From: Candidatus Parcubacteria bacterium
GTDB taxonomy: Bacteria; Patescibacteriota; Minisyncoccia; UBA6257; HR35
Length of the DNA: 64,000 bases
Assembly: GCA_026004495.1 (NCBI GenBank)
Contig: BPJG01000001.1
Location: forward strand, 496,527-560,526
Direction of reading: 5' to 3'
Part shown: piece after piece, positions 21,099 to 31,559 of the stretch
Layout of the letters: every line of letters begins with the position of its first letter
How positions within the stretch are numbered: position 1 is the first letter of the stretch
Made by a program: the position numbers and the translations under genes
Notes under the pieces: model-generated
What the model was told of the DNA's origin: nothing
What the model saw: only the letters and a program-made list of their open reading frames with translations
The model's database searches: none

Positions 21099-21130
21099 AT
21101 AAGACCAGGTAAATCACGACCTGGCCTTAT
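21099..21130 (-). terminator. hairpin between convergent gatB and pilin, probable intrinsic terminator
   Basis: Minus strand ATAAGGCCAGGT-cgtgattt-ACCTGGTCTTAT, 12-bp stem with one G.U. Confidence 0.6.
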
Positions 21131-21163
21131 TATAATAAATATTTTAATTTTTTGTTAATATGA

Positions 21164-21625
21164 TTATCTAGAGCAAATAGGAGATGAACCTGCTGGTTCT
21201 GTATTAGGGGCACAAACTTCTAATCTATTTCCCTCTGTTTCATTTATCCTAACTGTATATTGAGTTTCTGTTGCATTTGGATCTAAAGAAGGATCTCGAG
21301 GAAGTCTTTGTAAATAATCTGGAACTAAGCAGGAAAGATTAATTTGGTTAGCACTCTCAGTTCCAGTGGCTATAATATAAGTGGTGTTAGTTGGTAAAGA
21401 ATTTTGATAATTTTGGCTACTTGTACATACCCATCTTCCTTGATTATCTACTTGAAGCTGGGCAATGGCATTTCTAATAGCTAATGTATCTGTAGTTCTT
21501 TGAGTATTTCTTGTTTTTTGAAATTGTCTAGCTGGATTAATAGCAACTATTATAGCTCCAGCTAAAAGAACTATTATACCAATAACAAGTAATACTTCTA
21601 TTAAGGTAAAAGCTCTTTTTTTCAT
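21164..21625 (-). CDS. type IV pilin (probable major pilin)
   Basis: KRA|FTLIEVLLVIGII prepilin site, AINP.RQ, LPRDP, C-terminal Cys pair. Confidence 0.88.
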   Translation of the reverse strand: MKKRAFTLIEVLLVIGIIVLLAGAIIVAINPARQFQKTRNTQRTTDTLAIRNAIAQLQVDNQGRWVCTSSQNYQNSLPTNTTYIIATGTESANQINLSCLVPDYLQRLPRDPSLDPNATETQYTVRINETEGNRLEVCAPNTEPAGSSPICSR

Positions 21626-21740
21626 TTTTATTTAATTTTTTTTATAAAATTATTAATTAAATCTGTTTTATTAATTACGACCTAATTAATAGATAAATTA
21701 TAATAAAAAAATATTAATTTAATTAAAATTTTGTGGATAA

Positions 21741-23216
21741 TTATTTAATCTCTTGCCAATATAAAGTTTCATAAAATTCAGAAGCTAGGGGAAATTCTGG
21801 TGGAGGAGAATAGAGAAGATTGGCATCATAAATTATATTTCTATTTTGATAGCCAGAAACTAAATTATTTCCACTTACCCAGGCAAATCCATATCTAATT
21901 CTTGAGGCTATGGTTCCAAATATTGTTAGATTTGTTTTAATATTATTATTTCCACAAGTGCCGTTATAATGAAATCTACCTGCTCTTCCGTTTTGGGCAA
22001 TTAAGGCAGCATCAATTCTTAAATCATTTTCGCTTTCTAAACCAATAGTAATACTTTTTTGAGCAATTAATCCAATAGAATCATTGCCATTATAATTAGT
22101 ATAGGTTAAATCGTTATTGACAATAATTCTTGTTCTTTGATTAACATTTTCAGGAAATTTAGCAGAAGCAATTAGTAATCTTTTATTATTAATCTTACCA
22201 CTAACCCAAATATTATCTTCAATAAAGATAACTCCATTAGTAGGAATATTATAATTACCTAAAAATGTTTTTTGATCAATACTCCATGTTCCATAAAGAT
22301 ATCTTGAATTTGAAGTATAGCAAGAATCATTACCAAATTCATAGGGATCATAAGCACAACAATTATCAGGAAATTTTTTAACCTTATTAACTCTGTATAA
22401 ATCAAATGTTCCATCCTGTTTTAATATTATTTCATAACCATAGTTATTATCGCCACTAAAATTACGATAAAAACCAGATGAAGAGGCAATATCTTTTAAT
22501 TGAGCTAAATTAGCAGATAAACCTACAAAATCAAGTGTTGGTTTACCAACTTCTCTGCCTGCTTTAAATATATCTGGCCTGGAAGGTAAATTATTAGGGT
22601 TAGGATTAGATGGCGGACAAGGATCCTGAGGAGAGACATGGGTGTGGACTGCCCATTCATCGCAACCAGTATGGTCAGGATCGTCATAAGTTATTAAAGC
22701 ACTACTAATTAAATTATAGGCAGTGCCATCAAATCTTATTCCTTTATTAGAATGAATTTGCCCATAAACAACAGTTCCTTGGCCGAAACGTACATTATCA
22801 TCACTTAAAACAGAAAACTTAATTAATGAAGGTATAGCTAATTTACTTTCTATTATTTTTTCAACATTGCTAAAATTTAATTTACCTGTTGATTTTATGT
22901 TGACAATTGTTGAGCCAATTAATGGTGGTGTAATTTCAAGTTTAAAATATCCAATGATATTTCCTATTCTGTTTTTAAAATTATGAATATAAGGACCAGG
23001 TTGGTCAGTGCCATTCGTATAATCTTTGGGAAAATGATTTAAATACCAACGATAGTATTCAATTCCTGATTCTGAAATTGCAACTGCCTGTCTTTTTTCT
23101 ATTTCTTTTATTGTAGTTGAATAAAAAACATATACCCAAGATATAATACCTGTTAAGATAATTATTGCCAGGGTATTGTATACTAAAACATAAATTAAAA
23201 TTTGTCCTTTTTTCAT
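21741..23216 (-). CDS. PilX-like minor pilin
   Basis: KKG|QILIYVLV, A..ISESGIEY, C-terminal YDANL...PPP typical of CPR PilX-like proteins. Confidence 0.75.
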   Translation of the reverse strand: MKKGQILIYVLVYNTLAIIILTGIISWVYVFYSTTIKEIEKRQAVAISESGIEYYRWYLNHFPKDYTNGTDQPGPYIHNFKNRIGNIIGYFKLEITPPLIGSTIVNIKSTGKLNFSNVEKIIESKLAIPSLIKFSVLSDDNVRFGQGTVVYGQIHSNKGIRFDGTAYNLISSALITYDDPDHTGCDEWAVHTHVSPQDPCPPSNPNPNNLPSRPDIFKAGREVGKPTLDFVGLSANLAQLKDIASSSGFYRNFSGDNNYGYEIILKQDGTFDLYRVNKVKKFPDNCCAYDPYEFGNDSCYTSNSRYLYGTWSIDQKTFLGNYNIPTNGVIFIEDNIWVSGKINNKRLLIASAKFPENVNQRTRIIVNNDLTYTNYNGNDSIGLIAQKSITIGLESENDLRIDAALIAQNGRAGRFHYNGTCGNNNIKTNLTIFGTIASRIRYGFAWVSGNNLVSGYQNRNIIYDANLLYSPPPEFPLASEFYETLYWQEIK

Positions 23217-23220
23217 TATT

Positions 23221-23778
23221 TTATTTATATCTTAAATTTCGAGGGGCAACAATAAATGACCTATTAATAATTTTTTTATTAGTTATATCTTCAATGATTA
23301 AATTAACCTTAATTAATTTTACTTGATTAATATCAGAAGTTAATTCATTATTTTTATTAAAATATTGAAAAATATTAGAATTCCTTAAATCACTGATCAT
23401 TAAAATAATTTTTTCTTGATTGAGGTCATAAAAAAGTGGATTATTTTGAGGTTTAGTTACCCCCTTTTTAAAATTACTACCATCAACAAAATATCTAATT
23501 TTTTCTATTAAATTATCGTTATCAATATTAGCATAGAAAATTATTTCATTATTTTTTATTTTCTCTATTGGATAGTTGCCAATACTAGATTGCATCATTG
23601 ATTTTAATTCACGGCTCATTATATTAATAGTATTGTTAATTTCTTGATATTTACCTAAATTGAATATAAAGTAAATATTAAAATTTGAAATATTAATAAT
23701 AAAAAATATCAAAATAAAAGTAATAAGACTTATAATAAAAATTCCCATAATTATTTCAATTAAAGTAAATCCTCTCAT
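23221..23778 (-). CDS. minor pilin (PilW/PulJ-like)
   Basis: RG|FTLIEII, EKIRYF, C-terminal APRN. Confidence 0.8.
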   Translation of the reverse strand: MRGFTLIEIIMGIFIISLITFILIFFIINISNFNIYFIFNLGKYQEINNTINIMSRELKSMMQSSIGNYPIEKIKNNEIIFYANIDNDNLIEKIRYFVDGSNFKKGVTKPQNNPLFYDLNQEKIILMISDLRNSNIFQYFNKNNELTSDINQVKLIKVNLIIEDITNKKIINRSFIVAPRNLRYK

Positions 23779-25085
23779 TTTTTTCTTTTTATTAAGAGAT
23801 TTCCTAATAAGACTGAAATTGTGATTATAATAGCTAAACTTAAGATAATTATTTTAAAATAATCAATTCTATACTTATCTACTTTATTAACATTATTTCC
23901 ATAAAAATTTATTTTTTCTTTCTCTTTGCGTTGTTGATAATTATTTTCTAAATTATTTAAATTTAGATTTATCTCATTTTGATATTCATTTTTTTCTAAT
24001 ATATTATTATCTCTGATTTTACTGTTAAAAATTTTATTTTTTTCTAATTTTTGATTATTGGGATTATTATTTTTTTCTGATGAGTTAGTTACAATATTAT
24101 TTTGATTAAAATTTTGTTGATTATTTTTATTTGTATCTAAATTATCTATATTCACTTTATTTTTATATTTTGAAGAAGGTAAATTATTATTAATATTAAT
24201 AGAAAAATTTTCACTTGAAGTGTTATTATCGGTGTCAATATTTTCATTATTATTATTATTGCTATAAGTATTAAAATTTATTTCTGCAGTTGAGGAATTT
24301 TGCCAATAATCAAAAACTATTAATTTAACATAATATTCTCTTTCAGCTTGAATATCGATATTTCCTGAACATAATCTAATATTTGGGGGACAAGATTCAT
24401 AATAATCATTTTGATAAGTATTAGTAGAATAAGAAATATTATCATAATAAATTAATTTATAAATAATAGGTTCATTAGCATTGAATGTAATCTTTACTAA
24501 ATTTTGATTTATAAGTTGATAGCTTAAATTAGAAATTATTGGAGATAAATTTTCAGTTCCTTCATAAAGAGAAATTTTGAAAGAATTTTTTTCTTCCGAA
24601 TCGTTAATAATTAAGGGTCTAATAGTTTCAGGTATATTTAGGGTTGCCTCAATATTTTGCAATAGTTCTAAAATATTAAAAGCGAAAATCTTTAAATTAC
24701 TATTTTGATTAGTGGTTAATTTAAATTTGTATTCCTGGCCACTATTAATTCTAATATTTTCATTCAGAGGAATATCAAAATGAATTCCTGACCAACTAAA
24801 ATTAGTTGGTGGTAAATTTATTATTTTACTTTCTAAAATATTATTTTCTTTATCTAATAAAGTAAAGTTTAAACTAGTTAAAGGACCGATATTTTCAATC
24901 CACAACCTAATCATACTTAAGAAATCGTTAAATGGTACAAATCTTTGAATATACTCTTTGTCTTTTTCAATAGGAATTTTATTGCCAAAGTCAGGTGAAA
25001 ATTCAAAAAATTTATAAATTTCTGCTAAAGCAATATTTAAGTAAATTAAATTTAAAAAAACTAAATAAAATAAAATTTTTTTCAT
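23775..25085 (-). CDS. hypothetical secreted, membrane-anchored protein with Asn-rich linker
   Basis: Signal peptide, beta-rich region, low-complexity Asn tract, C-terminal TM followed by KRKK. Confidence 0.6.
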   Translation of the reverse strand: MKKILFYLVFLNLIYLNIALAEIYKFFEFSPDFGNKIPIEKDKEYIQRFVPFNDFLSMIRLWIENIGPLTSLNFTLLDKENNILESKIINLPPTNFSWSGIHFDIPLNENIRINSGQEYKFKLTTNQNSNLKIFAFNILELLQNIEATLNIPETIRPLIINDSEEKNSFKISLYEGTENLSPIISNLSYQLINQNLVKITFNANEPIIYKLIYYDNISYSTNTYQNDYYESCPPNIRLCSGNIDIQAEREYYVKLIVFDYWQNSSTAEINFNTYSNNNNNENIDTDNNTSSENFSININNNLPSSKYKNKVNIDNLDTNKNNQQNFNQNNIVTNSSEKNNNPNNQKLEKNKIFNSKIRDNNILEKNEYQNEINLNLNNLENNYQQRKEKEKINFYGNNVNKVDKYRIDYFKIIILSLAIIITISVLLGNLLIKRKK

Positions 25086-26851
25086 TCTCTACTTAATTTA
25101 AATATTAATTCCTTAAATGGTATGTTAATATTAGTGGTCGTGCTTAAGGTTTGATACCCTTCTTTATTAATTTCGAGATTATATGTATCTGATATTAAAT
25201 TCGTAAAAAGAGATTGTCCCGAAGATAAACAATCAGAACTAAACTTAATATTAACCCTATTTATTGAGGGAGTATTATTTTCATCTGAGGTTTTAAGGTA
25301 AATTTTATATCTTAAATATTTTTGATTTATGGGAATAATGGTTAAATTAGATGGAGAAGAAGTAAAAAAGGAATTATTGGTTCCATCAGGACCAATAAAA
25401 TTCCAAGTATTATTGTCATTGTTAACTGCTATTTGAAATTTAACTTCAGTATTGGGTAGCTGATTATTCGGTAACCATTGAAGTGTTAAAAACTTAACAT
25501 TTGTTGAAGTTCCAATATTAATCGTTTTTGATTCTAACCATTCAATTGTATTTGTTGGATAATAACCATTTATTCTTTTTAAAGAAATTACATTTTCGTT
25601 AATTTCTATATTTGGGCTAATAGCTGAATAATTATTTATCCAATTGTCTTGAATAATATCTTCTGTTTTAGTATATTTTATTTGTTCCAAATTATCTTTA
25701 GATAATTTTATTTGTACTTCGTTTAGAGGAATATTATTATCATCAATAACTGTTACTAAAAGAGAATTATCTGTTGAAGAGTTAATATTTAATCTAAGAA
25801 AATAATTTAATCCAGGCATAATATTCAAAGGTGAAGAACTATTATATCCACCTATTACATAATTTGAATTGGTTAATTCATAACTATAATTATCCCATTC
25901 TAATTTTAAATTTTTTTCACCATTAGAATCAGTAGTTGTCGAGATAATATTTTTTATTATATCTGGATTACGGCCAATTAATTTTGTTCCTGTAAATTTA
26001 AGGGGTATATTTGTTAATGGTTGGCAGAAGTTATCTATTGTTTTAATTAATAAATTAGCCAAAATATCTATTTGGAAAGTAACAGTCGTTAATGTTTGCT
26101 CTAAAACTGTTTGATGAGGAATAAGAGGATTGGGATTCTCAATTGATCCTGGTTGATAAGATTTATCAGTTGAATAATTCTCCTTACTGACACTAATTTG
26201 ATATGCATTAGTTCCTGTCGGAATATCAATTAATTGTAATAAACCTTGATCATTGGTTAAATCTTGAATAATAATTGGAGGTGAAGTTGAATTATTAATA
26301 ACATAAACACTTGTTTGAGATATTGGTTGTCCGCTGGCATCTATTACTTTAATAAATAATGAACCATTTAAAGTAGAACTTTCAACATTTTTAGGAGCTA
26401 TAATTGCTGTTAATGTTTGTTTTTTTGTTTTAAATGAACAATTTAAACAGACTCCTTCTAATTCAACTAATTTATAATCAGCTGGAGCTAAATCATTGGG
26501 ATTACCTCCAATAACACCATCAGCCGGATCGTCAATATTTCTAATGTAATAATTTATTTTTATACTTAAATTGTCATAATTTACAATTTTTTCTCGAGTT
26601 AAAATTCCTGTAGGCCAGCCATCAACTATCCCTATATCTTCATAGTTCATAACTCTTATAATTTCCAATTCATTTTCTAATGCAGATATAATTTGAAGAT
26701 TTATCCTAGCGTTTAAGGTAGATTGTAGTAAATTTAAAAATATGCTTATTATTAAATAAGTTATTACTGAGATAATAAATAAAGCTATTAGAATCTCTAT
26801 AAAAGTATAACCAAAATTATACTTATTGTTGAATTTTATCTGTAAGTTCAT
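25082..26851 (-). CDS. large prepilin-type protein with carboxypeptidase-regulatory-like (Ig-like) domains
   Basis: FG|YTFIEILIAL, IDDPADG..DYKLVE, repeated VID..G.P / TD..G motifs. Confidence 0.75.
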   Translation of the reverse strand: MNLQIKFNNKYNFGYTFIEILIALFIISVITYLIISIFLNLLQSTLNARINLQIISALENELEIIRVMNYEDIGIVDGWPTGILTREKIVNYDNLSIKINYYIRNIDDPADGVIGGNPNDLAPADYKLVELEGVCLNCSFKTKKQTLTAIIAPKNVESSTLNGSLFIKVIDASGQPISQTSVYVINNSTSPPIIIQDLTNDQGLLQLIDIPTGTNAYQISVSKENYSTDKSYQPGSIENPNPLIPHQTVLEQTLTTVTFQIDILANLLIKTIDNFCQPLTNIPLKFTGTKLIGRNPDIIKNIISTTTDSNGEKNLKLEWDNYSYELTNSNYVIGGYNSSSPLNIMPGLNYFLRLNINSSTDNSLLVTVIDDNNIPLNEVQIKLSKDNLEQIKYTKTEDIIQDNWINNYSAISPNIEINENVISLKRINGYYPTNTIEWLESKTINIGTSTNVKFLTLQWLPNNQLPNTEVKFQIAVNNDNNTWNFIGPDGTNNSFFTSSPSNLTIIPINQKYLRYKIYLKTSDENNTPSINRVNIKFSSDCLSSGQSLFTNLISDTYNLEINKEGYQTLSTTTNINIPFKELIFKLSRE

Positions 26852-27893
26852 AAATTGGTATAATAATAGAAATAGCCATAAAACCGACTATTATACCCAT
26901 AATAATTAAAATAATAGGCTCTAAAGAATTTACTAATCTTTCAATCCCTGAATCCAATTCTTCCTCGTAGTTATTGCTTAAATAAAATAAATTTTGTTCT
27001 AAATTCCCAGTTTTTTCACCTACCTCAATCATTTTTGAAAACTCATAAGGGAAAATCTTTTTATATTTCTCTAAAAATTCGTTAAAACTATGTCCAGCCA
27101 AAACAAATTGTGATGCTTTAATAAAATATTTTTTATAGACTTCATTATTAACATTTTTTCCAGATAGCTCTATAGCTTCAACAATTTTAACTCCACTTTT
27201 TAATAACATAGCTAATGAACGGGAAAATTGAGTTAAGGAATATTTTTTTATAAGACTGGAAATTAAGGGTAAATTAATTAAAAATAAATCAAAAAAATAT
27301 TTAATTTTTGGAAATCTATTAAGAAATATAATTAAGATTATTAAACTAATAAATAAAAATAATACATAATATCCATAATTTAACATAAATCGAGATAGAG
27401 AAATGAATATTTTGGTAATTTTAGGTAATTCAACGTTTAGATTTTCAAATATAGGTAATAATTTAGGAAAAATAAAATATATAACAAGGACAATAATGAT
27501 TAATATAACTAAGATAATGAAAATAGGATATATTATTGCTGAGATAAATTTTCTTCTTAGTCTCTCAATTTTTCTTAATTCTTCCGACAATCTTTCAAGA
27601 TTTTCAATTAAATTTCCTGTTAATTCACCTATTCTAATAATTGAAATTAAAAATTCGCCTAAAATATTATTAAATTTTGATAAACTAGTAGCTAAAAATT
27701 GACCTCTTTGAATATCTTCAATAGCTGTTTCTAAAATATATTTTAAAGCTGGAGATCGCTGATATTTTTTTAAATAAATTAAAGCATCAGTTAAACTCAT
27801 ACCACTTTTTAATAAAAGAGATAGATTCCTTAAAAATAAAATTTTAGCCTCTAATCCTAATTTTAGAATAAAGGGTTTTTTATTATTATTCAT
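26823..27893 (-). CDS. pilC: type IV pilus / T2SS platform protein PilC/GspF
   Basis: LLKSG, GELTGNL, AIIYP, VGEKTGNL, LEP. Confidence 0.92.
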   Translation of the reverse strand: MNNNKKPFILKLGLEAKILFLRNLSLLLKSGMSLTDALIYLKKYQRSPALKYILETAIEDIQRGQFLATSLSKFNNILGEFLISIIRIGELTGNLIENLERLSEELRKIERLRRKFISAIIYPIFIILVILIIIVLVIYFIFPKLLPIFENLNVELPKITKIFISLSRFMLNYGYYVLFLFISLIILIIFLNRFPKIKYFFDLFLINLPLISSLIKKYSLTQFSRSLAMLLKSGVKIVEAIELSGKNVNNEVYKKYFIKASQFVLAGHSFNEFLEKYKKIFPYEFSKMIEVGEKTGNLEQNLFYLSNNYEEELDSGIERLVNSLEPIILIIMGIIVGFMAISIIIPIYELTDKIQQ

Positions 27894-29133
27894 GAATAAC
27901 TCTTAATACCTCTTCAATTGTTGTTAGGCCCTGAATAACTTTATTAAAACCATCACGAATCATTGTTGACATACCTTCTTCTAGGGCAATCTTTTTTATT
28001 TGTTCGCTATTATATCTTTTCATAATTCCATCTTTTATTTTTTTACTTATAGTTAAAACTTCAAAAATTCCTATTCTACCCAAAAATCCTGTAGAATTAC
28101 ATACTTCGCACCCATTAGCTTTATAAATTTCATAATTTCTTATTTTTTTTATGTTTTCTAGAGTTAAATCTTCGGCAATACCTTCTAAAAGAGATCTTGC
28201 TTCAGCAGCATTTAACTTATCTGGTTTTTTGCATTTATCACATAATTTTCTTACTAATCTTTGAGCAATGACAATATTTACAGTTGAGGAAATTAAAAAT
28301 GGTTCTATGCCCATTTCTAATAATCTTGGCAAAGCAGTTGGAGCATCATTAGTGTGAAGAGTAGAGAGAAGTAGGTGACCAGTTAGGGCAGCGTTAACTG
28401 CGATATCAGCTGTTTCTTGATCCCTTATTTCTCCTACCATAATAATATTTGGATCTTGTCTAAGAATAGCTCTTAATCCTTTACTAAAGAATAATCCTAC
28501 TTGAGGATTGACCTGAATTTGAGTAAGGCCACTAATTGAATATTCAATAGGGTCTTCTAAAGTTATGATAGATACATTAGGAGTATTTAAGGCTTTTAAT
28601 ATTGAATATAGAGTAGTGCTTTTACCTGAACCCGTTGGTCCGGTAACTAAAATCATTCCATATGGTTTTTTTATTGCTTCTTTTACTTTTTTAAGATCTA
28701 TTTCAGAAAAACCTAAATTTTCTAAAACATAAATATCTTTTTGAATTAATAATCTTAAAACTGCATTTTCTCCGTAATAAGTAGGCATAATAGAAATTCT
28801 AATATCAAAACTTACATTTTCTTGAGGAATTGTAAATTTAAATCTTCCATCTTGAGGAGTATTATGTTCATCTGTCCTTAAACCTGAAAGAACTTTTAAT
28901 CTTGAAATAATTTCTTCTTGAAGATATTTTTTAAAATTAAAAAAATTATAAAGAATTCCATCAACTCTATATCTTACGTTAATACTAGTTTCTGTTGGTT
29001 GGAAATGAATATCAGAAGCTCGTGATTCGTAACCAAAAATTATTAAATAATTAACCAAATCAATAATAGAAACTTCTTCTAATTGTTTGTTACTTTCTAA
29101 TTCAATTTGTTTTTTTAAATCCTCAATTTTCAT
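27886..29133 (-). CDS. pilB: type IV pilus assembly ATPase PilB/GspE
   Basis: ASDIH, PQDGR, GPTGSGKS, EDPIE, LRQDP, TGHL..STLHTN, tetra-Cys motif. Confidence 0.93.
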   Translation of the reverse strand: MKIEDLKKQIELESNKQLEEVSIIDLVNYLIIFGYESRASDIHFQPTETSINVRYRVDGILYNFFNFKKYLQEEIISRLKVLSGLRTDEHNTPQDGRFKFTIPQENVSFDIRISIMPTYYGENAVLRLLIQKDIYVLENLGFSEIDLKKVKEAIKKPYGMILVTGPTGSGKSTTLYSILKALNTPNVSIITLEDPIEYSISGLTQIQVNPQVGLFFSKGLRAILRQDPNIIMVGEIRDQETADIAVNAALTGHLLLSTLHTNDAPTALPRLLEMGIEPFLISSTVNIVIAQRLVRKLCDKCKKPDKLNAAEARSLLEGIAEDLTLENIKKIRNYEIYKANGCEVCNSTGFLGRIGIFEVLTISKKIKDGIMKRYNSEQIKKIALEEGMSTMIRDGFNKVIQGLTTIEEVLRVIHE

Positions 29134-29165
29134 TATTTCTAATTTAAATCAAATTAATATATTTT

Positions 29166-30347
29166 TTATTTTAAATTTAATTTCAAATATAAATCTTCTA
29201 AAACATTACGATAACAAATATAGGCTATATATGGACTTTCATAGGGATTGAAATATTTATGAACATCGCCATCATTAAACCATTTAGTGCACATATAATA
29301 AAAATGATCAGCAGTCTGAAGTTTTCTCCATTGACTAATAATATTTATGTCATTTTTATTTAAGACATTTTTTTCTAAATTATATAATCTTTCGAGAGTA
29401 TCCTTTTGCATTTCATTTTCTAGCCAAGCACTTAAATCTCGTTCAGTGTCTGCCCAAGTAATAGGATAAATAGACGACCATTTTCCTCGACTAGGGTATT
29501 TTTTAATTGCTTCAGATAAGGTATTAAACTCTAAATCGTTTTCTTCTGTAATTTTAAGAATTAGATCTGTTATAAAATCAAAAATCCCAGTTTCTTTCCA
29601 TTGATGTTCACCAAAAGTTTCAAAATCCATAAAAAGATTTATTACCTCGCTATTATTTTTAATTTGGTTTAACCAAGATAAAAATTTATCAGCTGTTAAG
29701 GGCCATCCTTCCCAATTTTTATTAGAAAATCTAAAGCTAATATCATCAGATAAATTGTAATTTCTTAAAAGAACTTTCAATTTTTGATTGGGAGTATGAT
29801 AAACGAAATTAGGTGATCGCCATTCAAGAATTCTATCAACACCTTCAGTTATAATTCCTTTAAAATTTAATTTTTCTAAAATAATTTCTAAATCATCAAA
29901 ATAGATTAATTCAGTGTTTGAAAATATTATCGGTTCTTGAGAAAAAAATTCTTTTATTAATTTTTTATGATAATTAATTTGAAATTTAAATTCCTCTTTA
30001 GAATAGAGACTTGATAAAGAATGGTAGTAGGTTTCGCCAGTGAATTCTAGGCAACCGGTAGAACTTATTTTTTGCCACCAATCAATTACTTCTGGGTGCC
30101 ATAATTGTAATTGTTCCATTAAAGTTCCTGTTATGCCAACTGAAAATTTAAATCTAAAGTTTGTTTCTTTGATTAATTCATAAAATATTTTAAGCGTCGG
30201 TAAATAACATTTTTCTACTATTCTATCTAAATAAAATTTATTTTTTTCATCATCAAAATAATCGCTGTCATTACCAATATTAAAAATAGTAAAATTTTTT
30301 ATCCTAAATGGTTGATGAACCTTAAAATAAAAACAAATTGATGTCAT
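29166..30347 (-). CDS. glycoside hydrolase family 57 (alpha-amylase-like)
   Basis: HQP, ETYYHSL, NTEL, DFETFGEH, WAD..RD, QTADHFYYM. Confidence 0.93.
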   Translation of the reverse strand: MTSICFYFKVHQPFRIKNFTIFNIGNDSDYFDDEKNKFYLDRIVEKCYLPTLKIFYELIKETNFRFKFSVGITGTLMEQLQLWHPEVIDWWQKISSTGCLEFTGETYYHSLSSLYSKEEFKFQINYHKKLIKEFFSQEPIIFSNTELIYFDDLEIILEKLNFKGIITEGVDRILEWRSPNFVYHTPNQKLKVLLRNYNLSDDISFRFSNKNWEGWPLTADKFLSWLNQIKNNSEVINLFMDFETFGEHQWKETGIFDFITDLILKITEENDLEFNTLSEAIKKYPSRGKWSSIYPITWADTERDLSAWLENEMQKDTLERLYNLEKNVLNKNDINIISQWRKLQTADHFYYMCTKWFNDGDVHKYFNPYESPYIAYICYRNVLEDLYLKLNLK

Positions 30348-31498
30348 ACTTGTAAAATTTGTTTATAAACTTCTAATACTTTATTTACTCTATCTTCCCA
30401 GTTAAATTTAATTAATTCTTCATAAGAATTTTTAACCATTTCATTTTTTAAGGGTTGGTATTTTAACACGGCAACAATATAATTAGCCATTAATTTAATA
30501 TCCCAATAATCAACTTTTAAACAGTTATCTAAATATTCACCCAATCCTGTGGTTTTTGATATTATTATTGGTTTTTTTAATTTAATCGCTTCCAAAGGAA
30601 CTAAACCAAAGGGATCAAAAACTGAAGGAGCTACTAATACATCACTCAATTTATAAATACTCCATAATTCTTCATCTCTTAAAAAACCACCAAAAATAAT
30701 ATTATCAATTACATTCTCATTATAAGCAATTTTAATTAATCTACTTAACATTTCTCCACTTCCAGCAAAGATATATTTTACTTTAGGTATATGTTGTTTA
30801 ACATATTTTATAGTTTTTAATAAGTAATCTGGTCCTTTTTGTAAAACCAATCTTCCTACAAATAAAACTATTTTGTAATTTTCTAATTTCAATTCTTCGA
30901 TAAATCTTATATTAAAATATGAATAATTTTCGTTATCAATTCCATTAGGAATAGGAATAATTTTATTTTCATCTATTTGGTAAAAGTCTTTAACTATTTT
31001 TTTAGTTAGATTACTAACAGTAATAAGTTTATCAGCGGCAGAAAAACATTGTTTTTCAAAATTAAAGACTGTGAGATTAGGATTTACACCAGTTCTTTCA
31101 ATCTCGGTAGAGTGAATATGAATTATTAATGGTTTATTTAATTTTTCTTTTAAATATAAACCAGCTAATCCTCCTAACCAATCATGAGCATGAATAATAT
31201 CAATTTTTATTTCATTTTCTTTAATTTTTTGATAAATTCTTTGTCCGTAAGTTAGAACTTGATTGAGTAAGTTATTATCTATATTTAAGTTTAGGATGTT
31301 GTAAGGATTAATAAGTTTAATTTCATTATTGGCAAATATTATTTTAAATTTTTTATTTTTTATAGGTAAATAATAGGGTAGGGTAAATATCAAGTTTATT
31401 TTTTTAGATAAATTTAAGGCTAAATAAAATGAAGCAACTCCTAATCCTCCACTATTAAAAGGAGGCAATTCCCAACCTATCATTAAAACATTTAGCAT
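30344..31498 (-). CDS. glycosyltransferase family 4 (glucan synthase-like)
   Basis: GWELPP..SGGLG, HAHDW, HSTE, VGR, DPFGLVPLEA. Confidence 0.9.
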   Translation of the reverse strand: MLNVLMIGWELPPFNSGGLGVASFYLALNLSKKINLIFTLPYYLPIKNKKFKIIFANNEIKLINPYNILNLNIDNNLLNQVLTYGQRIYQKIKENEIKIDIIHAHDWLGGLAGLYLKEKLNKPLIIHIHSTEIERTGVNPNLTVFNFEKQCFSAADKLITVSNLTKKIVKDFYQIDENKIIPIPNGIDNENYSYFNIRFIEELKLENYKIVLFVGRLVLQKGPDYLLKTIKYVKQHIPKVKYIFAGSGEMLSRLIKIAYNENVIDNIIFGGFLRDEELWSIYKLSDVLVAPSVFDPFGLVPLEAIKLKKPIIISKTTGLGEYLDNCLKVDYWDIKLMANYIVAVLKYQPLKNEMVKNSYEELIKFNWEDRVNKVLEVYKQILQV

Positions 31499-31559
31499 TA
31501 ATAATATTTTAAATCAAGTAGTTAAATTTTGTAAATAAACTGTATATTTTTTTATATTA

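Noticed and set aside
23930-24265. Repetitive TTA/ATT-rich tract as a possible array
   Set aside because: Encodes an Asn-rich linker; no repeat-spacer periodicity. No CRISPR array or cas gene was seen in the window.
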